From positions 1-62,667 of the IMG/VR virus record IMGVR_UViG_3300045110_000374: a DNA stretch of 62,667 nucleotides; one strand, given 5' to 3'. Under the pieces are notes generated by a model. The model did not search any database. It was not told the DNA's origin and saw nothing but the letters and a program-made list of their open reading frames with translations. This DNA comes from a virus (lineage: Duplodnaviria > Caudoviricetes). Shown here piece after piece: positions 44,669 through 55,130 of this stretch. Positions within the stretch are counted from its first letter, which is position 1. Each line of letters begins with the position of its first letter. The position numbers were made by a program, and so were the translations under genes.

Positions 44669-45412
44669 ATGGCGCTGCAACATTACATCAACGACACCAG
44701 AGACCTCATGCATGACAAAAGGGGCTTGTTTTGGGATGACGCTCAACTCACGCGCTACATCAATTTGGCGCGTTCGCAAGTGGCGGTGCAGTCAGGGTGC
44801 ATCAACATTCTCATCCCCGGTGTTGCGCCCTTTGGCGGTCAAGCGGTTGCGGGGCAATTCATTCCAGGCGGAGCGACGCCCGGAATGCCGGCCACAAACA
44901 CCTTTCAGACGATCCCGGGGGTGGAGAAATATTCGTATGCCTTTGGCAACGACTACGTCAAAGACTTAAACCAGAATCTCGCTGGCATTGGCGACGTCGT
45001 GTCGGTGTCGGTGTCGTGGGGCGGTATGCGCCCTTCGCTCGATTGGCTACCGTGGGAAGACCTTCAGGCTTACGCCCGTTCTTACAACATCGGCGTGACG
45101 AGCTATCCGTTCATGTTCTCAACCAATGGGGATGGTAACAACGGGCAAGTGTGGCTGTTTCCAATCCCGACCAGCCAACTCGAAATGGAATGGCAGGTCT
45201 TCGCGATCCCAGGAAACCTCTACAGCGATAGCGACTACGAGGCGATCCCGGGGCCGTGGACAAACTACGTGCCGTTCTATGCAGCCCATCTTGCATATCT
45301 GAATAGCCAACGCTTCGGCCAAGCCAATACGATGCTCGATCTCTTCTACTCGAATTCTGGGTTGTCGCGCGTGTCGGCGGACCGCGGGAAGACGAAAAGT
45401 TTTTATTGGTAG
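44669..45412 (+). CDS. Head-to-tail adaptor protein
   Basis: L..YIN.AR, WLFPIP, IP.PW...VP.YAA.LA patterns; position after capsid. Confidence 0.7.
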   Translation: MALQHYINDTRDLMHDKRGLFWDDAQLTRYINLARSQVAVQSGCINILIPGVAPFGGQAVAGQFIPGGATPGMPATNTFQTIPGVEKYSYAFGNDYVKDLNQNLAGIGDVVSVSVSWGGMRPSLDWLPWEDLQAYARSYNIGVTSYPFMFSTNGDGNNGQVWLFPIPTSQLEMEWQVFAIPGNLYSDSDYEAIPGPWTNYVPFYAAHLAYLNSQRFGQANTMLDLFYSNSGLSRVSADRGKTKSFYW

Positions 45413-45415
45413 GCC

Positions 45416-47917
45416 ATGGCTGAAGAGGGCTTCAGAGCTTCGAAAGGGCAGAGCGAGACGCTCGGGTTGCCGCTTGGATATAAGGTCTATAGCGCGTTTC
45501 CGTTCGCCGCTATCAACCAAAAGGACTCCAAATACGCGATCGACGACAAGGAGTTCGTCTGGCTTGAGAATGTGTTTCGGCAGGGTGCTGGGTTCTTAAG
45601 AGCAGCACCCGACAAAGGCGCGCCCATCTACACCGCACCGCTCGGCAAAACGATCGTCTATTTTTTCTTCTTCAACATCGGCGATACGGACTACTGCGCG
45701 GTGTTTTTAAGCGACGGCACGGCTGTGCAAGTGCGCATGTCTGACTTCTCGATAACGTCTATCTCGAACGTTCCCAACACCTTTTACCAAGGCTCAAGCC
45801 TGCCAGCCTGTGTGCAATGGGGCGCGCTGTATCTCGCGATCGCCAACAACAACACGGTCGACGATTACTGGGTTTGGGACGGTTCAGTGCTCTATGGCAC
45901 AGGCACGCTGTCGCCAGAAGTCACCATGACCAGCGGCGGCTCGGGCTATTCGACGCCGCCCACGGTGACGTTCTTCGGGGGCTCTGGCTCTGGCGCGGCA
46001 GGCACCGCGATCATCAGCAACGGTCAAGTCGTGAATGTGCAGATAACGAACCAAGGCTCTGGGTATCTGCCCGGCGACATCGTGCAGCTCGTCTTTACAG
46101 GTGGCGGCTCGGACAATGGGGCTAAGCTCCAAGCCGTTTTGGCAGCAGGCTTTGTGACCGCTGTTCTGATGGGCAATCACGGCACGGGCTATACGTCGCG
46201 GCCCGGCATCACGTTCACGGGTGGCGGTGGCGGTGTCGGTGCTGCGGGGCATCCCATCCTTGCGCCTACGCAAGTCACGTCCGCTACCGTGGGCGCGGGT
46301 GGTGCCGGATACACCTTTGCCAATGTGATTTTTTCCGGGGGCGGTGGTGGTGCGGGTGCGGCTGCGACCGCCAACCTCACGGCTGGCGCTGTTGTTTCGA
46401 TCACCATGACGGATTTCGGCAGTGGCTATACCGATGTGCCAACGATCACCATCACGGGTGATGGGGCCGGCGCTACAGGTATAGCCCATTTGGCGCCCAC
46501 GAGTGTTGACGCCGTCGTTGTCGATGCGCCCGGTTCTGGCTACACGAGTTCGCCGGCCGTCAACTTCATCGGCGGCGGCGGTGCTGGTGCAACTGCCCTT
46601 TCGACGCTTTCCAGCAGTTCTGTTGCGTCGGTCACTGTCATAGATGGCGGCTCTGGCTTTACCACGACGCCAATTTTGGAAATTGTCGGAGGTGGCGGCT
46701 CTGGTGCCGAAGCCACGGCGACCCTTACCGGTGGTGTCATAACCTCAGTGACCGTCACCAATGGCGGTTCTGGCTACACCTCTGTGCCAACGGTCTTGGT
46801 CGATGCAGGCGCTAACAATGCAGCCACGGGCACCGTCAACATCATGCCGTTCGGGGTGAACGGCAACGCGCTCGAAACCTATCAGTCGCGCATTTGGGTG
46901 TTTCACCCCAAAAACACCGGCTCCATACCGCAGAGCGGCCAGTTTCGAGTCTCGGCACCTGAGTCGCTCACCAATTTCTCGCTTGCAGAGGGCAGTCTTA
47001 TCTTCACCTCGACGGACAGCAATCTTCGCAAGCAGTACACCAACGCGATTCAGTCCAATGGCTATCTGTACCCGATCGGGGACTCGTCGGTTTACGTCAT
47101 CTCCAACGTGCAGACGCAAGGCGACCCGGTTTTAACGACGTTCAACTACCAGAATGTCGACCCGCAAATTGCGACCTCGTTTCGCGACACGGTGCAGGCC
47201 TTGGGCCAGACGATCCTGTTCACGAACAAGAACGGCGTCTTTGCCTTGCGCGGCGGCTCGGTGGCCAAGGCGTCAGAAAAGCTAGACAACCTTTTCGACA
47301 CGGCAAAATTCCCTCCCACCGGTGGCGCGCTCGCTCCATCGTCGGCTGTGGCCTATGTCCACAACGTTCGTTATTTCGCGAGTCTGTTGACAATCACCGA
47401 TCCATTCACGGGGCTGGCTCGCAACGTCATGGTCATGACGGACGAGAAGGGCTGGTATGTCGGGACGCAAACGAGCGACCTCAAGTTCATCGGTTCTCAA
47501 ATCGTCGATTCCAACGAGAAGGCTTACGGGACCGATGGCAGGGTGCTAATTCCATTGTTCACGACGCCGTCGAACCAATTGCAAAAGGTGATCGTCACCA
47601 AGCAGTACGGCGCGCAGGCCCATTTCATCGTCAAGCAGGTGTGGAACATCACCCTTCACGGCGAGGCGTTCGGCGGTTCGGACGCGGCGATTTCCGTGGT
47701 GGTGAACACCGAAGAGGGGAATTTCATGCTCCCGTATGTGGCGGACCTCTCCACGCCGAAGGTCTTTACCGGTCCTGTAGAGGACACGTTCGGCGCGTTT
47801 ATCGGCCTCACGCTTGCAACCGTGTCGCCAGATTTCGCCCTATACAACATGAGCATAGGCTATTCTGACGTCGTTGGGCCGCTTGGAGCGGGCAAGACCA
47901 ACGCACCGATCGTGTGA
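45416..47917 (+). CDS. Tail nozzle/tubular-B-like protein with inserted Gly-rich GGSGY repeat domain
   Basis: 833-aa beta-rich protein after the adaptor; central V.V..GGSGYT..P.V repeats. Confidence 0.65.
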   Translation: MAEEGFRASKGQSETLGLPLGYKVYSAFPFAAINQKDSKYAIDDKEFVWLENVFRQGAGFLRAAPDKGAPIYTAPLGKTIVYFFFFNIGDTDYCAVFLSDGTAVQVRMSDFSITSISNVPNTFYQGSSLPACVQWGALYLAIANNNTVDDYWVWDGSVLYGTGTLSPEVTMTSGGSGYSTPPTVTFFGGSGSGAAGTAIISNGQVVNVQITNQGSGYLPGDIVQLVFTGGGSDNGAKLQAVLAAGFVTAVLMGNHGTGYTSRPGITFTGGGGGVGAAGHPILAPTQVTSATVGAGGAGYTFANVIFSGGGGGAGAAATANLTAGAVVSITMTDFGSGYTDVPTITITGDGAGATGIAHLAPTSVDAVVVDAPGSGYTSSPAVNFIGGGGAGATALSTLSSSSVASVTVIDGGSGFTTTPILEIVGGGGSGAEATATLTGGVITSVTVTNGGSGYTSVPTVLVDAGANNAATGTVNIMPFGVNGNALETYQSRIWVFHPKNTGSIPQSGQFRVSAPESLTNFSLAEGSLIFTSTDSNLRKQYTNAIQSNGYLYPIGDSSVYVISNVQTQGDPVLTTFNYQNVDPQIATSFRDTVQALGQTILFTNKNGVFALRGGSVAKASEKLDNLFDTAKFPPTGGALAPSSAVAYVHNVRYFASLLTITDPFTGLARNVMVMTDEKGWYVGTQTSDLKFIGSQIVDSNEKAYGTDGRVLIPLFTTPSNQLQKVIVTKQYGAQAHFIVKQVWNITLHGEAFGGSDAAISVVVNTEEGNFMLPYVADLSTPKVFTGPVEDTFGAFIGLTLATVSPDFALYNMSIGYSDVVGPLGAGKTNAPIV

Positions 47918-47922
47918 AAGCC

Positions 47923-48168
47923 ATGAAATGCACAACCGTTAAGATTGGCGACGTCACGGCGATCGTATGCCGCAGCAAGCCAAGGAGTCGTCGCTGCGCG
48001 ATTTGCGGGCGCTTTCCGGCCGTTAAGCAGTGCGACTATCCCGTGGCCAAAGGAACATGCGACAAGCATCTCTGCGCGCATTGCGCTGTCAGTGTGGGCG
48101 AAGACAGGGACTATTGTCGCACACACCCTAAAGACGCGTTGGTCCCGCAACTTTCCATGGAGCTTTGA
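47923..48168 (+). CDS. Small Cys-rich zinc-finger protein
   Basis: C..C..CD....TCD..LC..C...DYC..H. Confidence 0.7.
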   Translation: MKCTTVKIGDVTAIVCRSKPRSRRCAICGRFPAVKQCDYPVAKGTCDKHLCAHCAVSVGEDRDYCRTHPKDALVPQLSMEL

Positions 48169-48170
48169 CA

Positions 48171-48392
48171 ATGGCACGCAAGAAACTCGACTTCGCAGCG
48201 ATGGTCGCAAAGGGCGAGAATGTCCACGGTTTCCGAGCCCAGACGGCAGAATGCACTGAGAAAGACGAGGAAGGCCCGCCGTACCTGCAATATAACTATG
48301 TCGAAGGTGCCGACGGGAATCGTTGGAATTCCTGGCCGGAATATGCGCCCAATTTCCCCTCTCCACCGACGCGAAGAGGGCGTAAGCGCTAG
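48171..48392 (+). CDS. Hypothetical protein
   Basis: GGAG RBS. Confidence 0.55.
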   Translation: MARKKLDFAAMVAKGENVHGFRAQTAECTEKDEEGPPYLQYNYVEGADGNRWNSWPEYAPNFPSPPTRRGRKR

Positions 48393-48725
48393 ATGCTCGC
48401 CCACCTTCTGGAAACACCGACGAACGAGAACGATTGGGCTGTGTGGTCGCACGCACACCGCCTCGACCATGACCTGATTCAGCAGGCAATACAGGCGCAG
48501 AAGGGCATCAATCTCCCGATCTATGTTCTTCATCCGATTCCTTCGTTCGGCTTTCCGGAGTGGTTGACGCGCAATCATCAAGCTCACCAGGACATGAACG
48601 GCGCGCTTGGGACGCAGGGCTCGGACCTAAGCTCGCTCGATCCTTCCAATCGTCAGCAATTGGAGGGCTGGATAAACACCCATTACCAGGAGCACCTGAA
48701 CGCTCACGATGCGTTGGAGATTTGA
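48393..48725 (+). CDS. His-rich hypothetical virion-module protein
   Basis: W...H..DH, W..NH..H, W...H..EH repeats. Confidence 0.7.
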   Translation: MLAHLLETPTNENDWAVWSHAHRLDHDLIQQAIQAQKGINLPIYVLHPIPSFGFPEWLTRNHQAHQDMNGALGTQGSDLSSLDPSNRQQLEGWINTHYQEHLNAHDALEI

Positions 48726-48727
48726 GC

Positions 48728-50155
48728 ATGGACAGCTTCGCCCTCAATCGTGAGAACCCGCAGGTTCAAGCGCTCCAAAGAGGACTTGTTCAACAGCTTC
48801 CGAACGCAAAGGGTGTAACGCAATACACCAATCCCGCGACCGGCCAAGTCGGACTGTCGAACGATCCGAACAGCGCCCCGTGGTGGGCACCGTACTTTAA
48901 GGGGTTGGTGAGTGCCGGCGTCGGGGCCGGGTATGGGGCTGCTGGGCTTGCCGCATTTGCTCCTGAAACAGCCGCGTCTTTGGGCATTACATCGGGCACC
49001 ACGGCCGGCGAACTTGCTGCGCCCACCGCGGCGCAAGGCTTCGGAGTCAGTCTCCCTGGTGCGCTCACAGCACCCGGCGCCGCTGCACCGGACGCATTGA
49101 GCGTACTTTCTGCCGCGCCAACCGCAGCGCCAGAGGTTGTGACCATTACGGGCGATTTGGCCGCTCAGTCTGGGCTCACCGGGCTCACGGCGGCCGAAGC
49201 GCTTGGCGGTGCTGGCGCAGTTGGCTATGGCACTGCAAGCCTCGCCGGGACAGACGGCGGTGCTGCAACAGGTACGCTGGTTGACCCCCAAGGCAACGTG
49301 CTCGCGCAGCCGGGGGTGCCGGAACAGGTTGCGGTTACTGGTCAAGCGCCCGAAGTGGCCGCGAGCGGACTCCCAGACATCGGATCAATATTGACCACGG
49401 GCGGGCTGGCCGGTTTGAGCGCAGAAGCGTTGAGCACATTTGGAGGCGCGATGTCAGCGCCACCTGCCGAGGGTGCACCGACTGTGACGGGGGGTGGCTC
49501 CAGCCTATTCGGCTCCAACTTCGCGACACCGAGCGGCATGAACTGGACGCCGGGCGCCGGCGGATTTCCGGTTTCCGGGTACACCGATACAGGCGGCTTC
49601 CCCCTTGGTGGGACCGGTGGCAGCAGCGGCGGGTTGTTCGACGATTTCACCTTGCGCGATGCCTTGGGTCTCGGCGGGCTCGGTGTCGCGGGTGCGATGC
49701 AAATGGGCCGTGAAAGCGGCTCGACGTCGTCTGCCCAGGCAGAAAAGCAGGTCTCCGACATTGCGAAGAATTTGGGCACGCAGGGGTCGAACCTTTCGAA
49801 CTATCTCACCAGCGGGACCTTGCCGCCGGGCGTAAAGCAGTCTCTCACCCAGGGCAACACAGCGGCGAAGGCAGCCATCCGAAGCAAGTTCGCATCCATG
49901 GGCATGTCTGGCAGCACGTCTGAAACCCAGGCACTTTCGAGCGTGGATATGCAAACCCAGACGGCGGGCGTGCAGATTGCCGAACAGCTCTTGGGTTCTG
50001 GCATTCAGGAATCGGGATTGTCGGCCGAGCTGTACACAACATTGCTCAACAACGCCTTGTCCCAAGACAAGGAAGCGGGCCAAGCGGTCGGCAATTTTGC
50101 AACCGCGCTCGCAACATTGCTCTCCGGTAACCCTGCGGCAAAGAAGGCGGCATGA
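48728..50155 (+). CDS. Putative internal virion/DNA-ejection protein
   Basis: Gly/Ala-rich; A.MG.SGS..E.Q segment; position after nozzle. Confidence 0.6.
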   Translation: MDSFALNRENPQVQALQRGLVQQLPNAKGVTQYTNPATGQVGLSNDPNSAPWWAPYFKGLVSAGVGAGYGAAGLAAFAPETAASLGITSGTTAGELAAPTAAQGFGVSLPGALTAPGAAAPDALSVLSAAPTAAPEVVTITGDLAAQSGLTGLTAAEALGGAGAVGYGTASLAGTDGGAATGTLVDPQGNVLAQPGVPEQVAVTGQAPEVAASGLPDIGSILTTGGLAGLSAEALSTFGGAMSAPPAEGAPTVTGGGSSLFGSNFATPSGMNWTPGAGGFPVSGYTDTGGFPLGGTGGSSGGLFDDFTLRDALGLGGLGVAGAMQMGRESGSTSSAQAEKQVSDIAKNLGTQGSNLSNYLTSGTLPPGVKQSLTQGNTAAKAAIRSKFASMGMSGSTSETQALSSVDMQTQTAGVQIAEQLLGSGIQESGLSAELYTTLLNNALSQDKEAGQAVGNFATALATLLSGNPAAKKAA

Positions 50156-50158
50156 GCC

Positions 50159-52216
50159 ATGGCCGAAAGCTTTGCTTTGCCGAAGAACGACTCGCTCGAT
50201 AAGGCGTTGACCAAGTCCTTTGAGGACTACACGTCGGCGAGCGACACCTATGCCAAAGAGGCGACCGAGCACAAGCAAAAGGCCATCGAATACGCGGGCG
50301 AGATCGATAAGGAGAAGCAGGACTTCGACAAGCTCACGCCGCCTAGCATCGAACCGCCCAAACCGGCACCCCAAGCCAAGGACTACGAAAGCAGCCCCTA
50401 CGAGGTGTTCGGAAGTGCCGCATCCATGGCGGCCATCTTCGGCTCTCTCTTCACGCGAAAGCCCATGACGAATGCGCTCAATGCGTTGGCTGGCGTGATG
50501 ACCGCGCGGCACTCGGGGGATAGGCAAGCCTATGAAGATGCCAAGACGTCGTGGCAGGAAAATTTCGACGCGTCCAAGACCTACCACGAGTGGCAGAAGA
50601 ATCTTTACGACGAAGCCGTTGGTCATATCGAAACCGACTCCAAGCTCGCAGCGGCGAAGTTCGAAGCCTATGGCGCGGCCATGGGCGATGACCAAGTCGT
50701 GATGCTGGCGAAGCAGGGCAATTTCCAGGCGGTCGTCAGTCTTCTGAATTTCCGCGATCAGCAGTATTACAAGGCGCTTCAGGCCAAGGACTTGCTGTTT
50801 CGGGAGCACGAAGCAACACAATTGCACGAAGAGAGAATTAAAGAGTTCAACATTCAACAAGAAGGACAGAGACAGCAGCGCGCCGATCTTGCGCAATATC
50901 GCGCCGATCAACTCGCGTTCCAGGGAAGGAAAGAACAGGACACACAAGACTGGCGAACGATGCAGTTTGGTGAGAAGAAGCGTGAATTCAACGAGCGCAG
51001 CGCACTTCAGAAAGCAGCGCAAGACCTCGCTAAGGAAAAGTCCGATGCGCTCGAACAATTGCGTCGCGACATGCTCACGCTCAGCCGGGAAAAATTCGAT
51101 GAGGAAAAACGCAAGTTCGATGAGACCTTTGCTCAAAAGGACCGACAGTGGGAAGACAGGAAACAGTCGTTCGATAAGGGGCAATTCTGGATCGACCCGG
51201 AGACGAAGGATGCAGCCGGCAATCCAACGTCGTTTGTCTATCACCCTTATTCCTCAACGTACAAAACTTTGGACGGCAAGGACTTTACGCCGTCGGCAGC
51301 AGCGCGGCCGGCGAGCGGGGCCGCCGGTGGGTTAAAGCCTCTCACACTGGCGCAATTGCAGGCCCAGGCTGCACAGCAAAAAATGGACGAACTGAAAACG
51401 ACGCTTGGCCGCGAACCGACGGCGGATGAGAAAATCTCGGCGATCCAGGAAATTAGAACCGGGAAAGTTCCAGAAAGCGAAGAGGATCGTATGACGTCGG
51501 CAGCGCTCGCTGCTACAGGCATGCCGTTCAATCAGATTATCTATGGGTACGGCACGGCCGCTCAGGCTGCACGAACGCAGCTCAAGAACGATACCGTGAC
51601 CCTCCTTCAAACGCAGAGCCCTGGCATGTCGCGCGAGGATGCAGCGCAAGAACTCGCCAACCGCACAATCGATTTTCAGGCAGGAAAACGCAGTGTCTCT
51701 CAACTTACGACGGTGTTGGGAACGCTTCGACCGGCGCTCGACCAGCTCGACTACAACATCAAACAAACCATCGAGGCGATGAAGGCCGTCGGCAGTAGCG
51801 ATCTGTCGCCGATTGTTAACGCCATCCGAAACAAAGCTCTGACCTGGACTGGTGACCCGAATTTGGCACCGCTGTTCTACTACATGAATGGCGTTGCGAC
51901 AGAATCGGCCCGCATCCAGTCAGGTGGCACTGCATCGATCGCGCAATTGCACACGGGTGCAGCCGAAGAGGCAAAGAAGTGGGCCAATGAGGACATGACG
52001 CCCGCGGCGTTCGCCAAACTCGGCGAGGCCATGAGGGGCGAGGCTAAGAACCGTATTGAGAACTACGAGACGGCGATCAAGAGGCAAAGAATAGGCGGAG
52101 GCAAAGAAGCGGAGACGCCCGGAAAAATGCCGCTGATAACGACACAAGAAGAATTCGACAAACTTGAGGCCGGCACGCACTACACCGAATCTGACGGGAA
52201 GGAATATGTGAAGTGA
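50159..52216 (+). CDS. Putative internal virion/DNA-ejection protein
   Basis: 685-aa helical Gln/Glu-rich protein. Confidence 0.6.
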   Translation: MAESFALPKNDSLDKALTKSFEDYTSASDTYAKEATEHKQKAIEYAGEIDKEKQDFDKLTPPSIEPPKPAPQAKDYESSPYEVFGSAASMAAIFGSLFTRKPMTNALNALAGVMTARHSGDRQAYEDAKTSWQENFDASKTYHEWQKNLYDEAVGHIETDSKLAAAKFEAYGAAMGDDQVVMLAKQGNFQAVVSLLNFRDQQYYKALQAKDLLFREHEATQLHEERIKEFNIQQEGQRQQRADLAQYRADQLAFQGRKEQDTQDWRTMQFGEKKREFNERSALQKAAQDLAKEKSDALEQLRRDMLTLSREKFDEEKRKFDETFAQKDRQWEDRKQSFDKGQFWIDPETKDAAGNPTSFVYHPYSSTYKTLDGKDFTPSAAARPASGAAGGLKPLTLAQLQAQAAQQKMDELKTTLGREPTADEKISAIQEIRTGKVPESEEDRMTSAALAATGMPFNQIIYGYGTAAQAARTQLKNDTVTLLQTQSPGMSREDAAQELANRTIDFQAGKRSVSQLTTVLGTLRPALDQLDYNIKQTIEAMKAVGSSDLSPIVNAIRNKALTWTGDPNLAPLFYYMNGVATESARIQSGGTASIAQLHTGAAEEAKKWANEDMTPAAFAKLGEAMRGEAKNRIENYETAIKRQRIGGGKEAETPGKMPLITTQEEFDKLEAGTHYTESDGKEYVK

Positions 52217-53703
52217 GCCAGTTCGGCGGAACACCGGTTGACCAAAAGTCTACGAGTAAGTTCGGAGGTAAGCCGGTTGGTCAGTCCGAAGAAGAGCCAA
52301 CCACGCTTCACAAATTCGCGGCCGGGATGCCGGATGTCAGCAGTTTCCTTCTCAATAAGCGCGAACCCGTGGCAACCGAATTGGCCGGTGGGGCTTTGAC
52401 GGGTGCGGCATCGTTAATTCCTGGTATGGGAGGCGATCTGAGGGAGGCATTGGCGCTTACCCCCTTTGGGGCTGCACCAATCGTTCCTGGCGCCCCCGGC
52501 CCACTAGCAGATGCTTTGAAGTCGAACCGGTCGCTCGTATCTAAACTCCCTACAAGTGAACAGGTGGGGAATGCGTTGGCGGGCGGTCCGCCAAAAACGC
52601 CCGCCGCCGGTATCGGGCGTTTCCTTGGTAGTGCGTTTGGGCTTCCTGGGGCTCTAAAGGTTGGCGGTCCGGTGGCAAAAGCCGTTGGGCAAGGTCTGAG
52701 CCACATTGTCGGTCTTGCGGGCACGGGCGCGAGACCCATTCAGGAAGCCGCCAAAGCTGGCGCTAAGGGTGGGACGGCCTTAGAAGCGCTCGACGCCAAC
52801 ATGGCTGGTAAGGTCCCCATGGAAGACGTCGTGCAATCCTTCCGCGACGCGGTGGGTGAACTCAAGGCCGAGCGTTCAGCGGCATACCAGAAAGAGATGT
52901 CGCGGATTAATCAGGACATCCGCCCCCTGGACTTTAACGTCATCGACGACGTGTTGCGCGCGCACAAAGACGCGGGGTTCAACCGTAACGGAACGATTCC
53001 GATCAAACCGGGGGCGGCAGAGGTGCGCGAGGCGATCGGTGCGGTCGTGAAGCAATTCCGCGACAACCCCGCGCTGCGTACGATCCAAGATTTCGATGAA
53101 CTCAAACAAGCCATCAACGATCTTCAGTATCACGGAGCGCTACAAACGATCGCTGGACCAGGAACCTTTGGCTCGACGATCATCCGGGACGTGCGCGATG
53201 CGATCGGCAAGGAGATTGCCCGGATTGACAAGACATACGCTACGGTCATGAAGGACTACCACGCTGCATCAGAAACGATTGACGAATTGAATCAGGGGCT
53301 CTCGCTTGGGGAGAAGAAGACAATCGATACAGCGCTTCGGAAGCTTCAATCCATCATGCGAGACAACGTGTCGACCAATTACGGCTACCGGGGCAAGCTG
53401 ATGGAGAAGGTGGATAAAAGCGGCACCTTGGCTCCCGCCCTTGCAGGTCAAGCCCTCGCGAGTTGGGAGCCGCGCGGTCTTGGGCGGTATCTGGCCGGGG
53501 CAGAACTCTTGAGCGGCCATGCGGCGGCGCTGCCAGCCTCGATACCGCGTGTTGTCGGCAATGTAGCCAGAGGAGCCGGCATAGCGTCGCGCTATGTGCC
53601 AACCCCACAACAAGCGTTCTACGCTTCGCTCGCCTCGCAAACGCCACAGCTTTTTCAGATGCCTGACCCAACCGATTTGCGTACGGCGCTCGGGACGCGG
53701 TAA
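52213..53703 (+). CDS. Putative internal virion/DNA-ejection protein
   Basis: SKFGG.PV start; DTALRKLQS.MR.NV.TNYG.R, LAGQAL.SW.PRGL segments. Confidence 0.65.
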   Translation: MSQFGGTPVDQKSTSKFGGKPVGQSEEEPTTLHKFAAGMPDVSSFLLNKREPVATELAGGALTGAASLIPGMGGDLREALALTPFGAAPIVPGAPGPLADALKSNRSLVSKLPTSEQVGNALAGGPPKTPAAGIGRFLGSAFGLPGALKVGGPVAKAVGQGLSHIVGLAGTGARPIQEAAKAGAKGGTALEALDANMAGKVPMEDVVQSFRDAVGELKAERSAAYQKEMSRINQDIRPLDFNVIDDVLRAHKDAGFNRNGTIPIKPGAAEVREAIGAVVKQFRDNPALRTIQDFDELKQAINDLQYHGALQTIAGPGTFGSTIIRDVRDAIGKEIARIDKTYATVMKDYHAASETIDELNQGLSLGEKKTIDTALRKLQSIMRDNVSTNYGYRGKLMEKVDKSGTLAPALAGQALASWEPRGLGRYLAGAELLSGHAAALPASIPRVVGNVARGAGIASRYVPTPQQAFYASLASQTPQLFQMPDPTDLRTALGTR

Positions 53704-53733
53704 AAGCCGTTTCGGCTCACGAAAGGCGTTTCC

Positions 53734-54471
53734 ATGACAGACGAACCCACAAACCCCCTCGAAGGGGTTAACCTCCTCATCGCGAGCCCGTGCATGAGCG
53801 GGCGTTACGAACGCGTCTATGTGAAATCGTTCCTGAATACCGTCATCTGCCTTAGAGATTGGGGCGCCAAGGTCAATTGGGCCGAAATGCCCTATAGCGC
53901 CGACTTGCCGCTCTCGCGCGCAAAGCTCTTATCAACCTTTGCGCGCGCGCCATACACGCACATGCTGATGGTGGATTCCGATATGGGATGGGCCGCTGAA
54001 GACGTGGGCCGCCTTCTCATGCTTAAACGCGAATTCGTGGCAGGCATCGGACCGAAGAAGACCAATCCACTCGAACCACAACAATTCGCCTTCAGTATGG
54101 GTGCAGCAGTGTTCGGGCAGGCCATCACCGTTACGCCAGAACGCGCCACCGGCTTATTGGAAATTCCAGAAATCGGCATGGCATTCGTGCTCATCACCAA
54201 AAACGTGGCTGAGCGGATGCGCGACTTCTACGAAGGCTTGGTGTTCATCCACGAGGGCCAAGAGCACGTCGCGGTGTTTGATCCGATCGTTGAGGGCAGG
54301 CGGCGGTTGCCGGAAGACTACGCGTTCTGCCATCGCTGGACCTCGATCGGCGGGCACATTCATGTGCTCCCGGACATCAGGCTTAAGCATGTCGGTTCGC
54401 ACACCTGGGAAGGGGCGCTTATCGACGAACTCACTGGCGAAAGTCAGGCGCTCAATGCCGCAGCTCAATAA
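53734..54471 (+). CDS. GT-A-fold glycosyltransferase-like protein
   Basis: LIASP, THMLMVDSDMGW (DxD), G.AF.LI, EDYAFC.RW..IGG, L.HVG. Confidence 0.8.
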   Translation: MTDEPTNPLEGVNLLIASPCMSGRYERVYVKSFLNTVICLRDWGAKVNWAEMPYSADLPLSRAKLLSTFARAPYTHMLMVDSDMGWAAEDVGRLLMLKREFVAGIGPKKTNPLEPQQFAFSMGAAVFGQAITVTPERATGLLEIPEIGMAFVLITKNVAERMRDFYEGLVFIHEGQEHVAVFDPIVEGRRRLPEDYAFCHRWTSIGGHIHVLPDIRLKHVGSHTWEGALIDELTGESQALNAAAQ

Positions 54472-54847
54472 GAAGAAGTCGCTCATCAAGAACATGGACG
54501 ACTTTGCGTCCAAGCTCCTGGACAAGGCGGGCGTTACCGCCAAGTCGCTTGAGGATGGGACTGAAGTCCCTAGCGCTTCTATCGGTGAACAGGTATCAGT
54601 CTTCAACGCGGTGCGTGAGTGGATACGAACCAAGCACAAGCTCGATCCGGAAGATGGCCCAGCAGACTTCATCTCTAAAGCAAGAACTGCCATCAACGGT
54701 GCGCCGGCTAAGCGTCGAAAGTATGCCAGACACCCACCCGTCGACACCGGAGCCGACGCCGGCAGTGCCCCCGCCGGCAGCGCCACAGCCACCGTCAACG
54801 GCACCGAGCCCGATGACGACACAGACGACGGACCAGTCGTCCATTAG
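54455..54847 (+). CDS. Hypothetical protein
   Basis: Overlapping operon ORF. Confidence 0.55.
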   Translation: MPQLNKKKSLIKNMDDFASKLLDKAGVTAKSLEDGTEVPSASIGEQVSVFNAVREWIRTKHKLDPEDGPADFISKARTAINGAPAKRRKYARHPPVDTGADAGSAPAGSATATVNGTEPDDDTDDGPVVH

Positions 54848-55055
54848 GTTCAACTTGGCCGTTCTTGCGGCAATGCGGGCCTTTACCATCATACTTTCGG
54901 CAAGGTTCTTGCTCTTGCTCGGGCTTGCGGGCGCCTTCGTGCTGGCGGTCATGGTCAAAGACCAGCTTGGCCTTTGGGTGGAGATCGCGTTTGCGGTTCT
55001 CATGGTAGGTCCGCTTGTCGTCCTCGACTACACCAGCCGAAAGCCGCCGTCGTGA
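54723..55055 (+). CDS. Small multi-TM membrane protein (holin candidate)
   Basis: Two or three hydrophobic segments; start uncertain (54723 or 54813). Confidence 0.45.
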   Translation: MPDTHPSTPEPTPAVPPPAAPQPPSTAPSPMTTQTTDQSSIRFNLAVLAAMRAFTIILSARFLLLLGLAGAFVLAVMVKDQLGLWVEIAFAVLMVGPLVVLDYTSRKPPS

Positions 55056-55130
55056 GGCTCTATCGCCCAATTCTGAAGACTTTACGGAAATGGGATAAGG
55101 TTCTACCGCCACTCAAACGTTGGATCGCCC

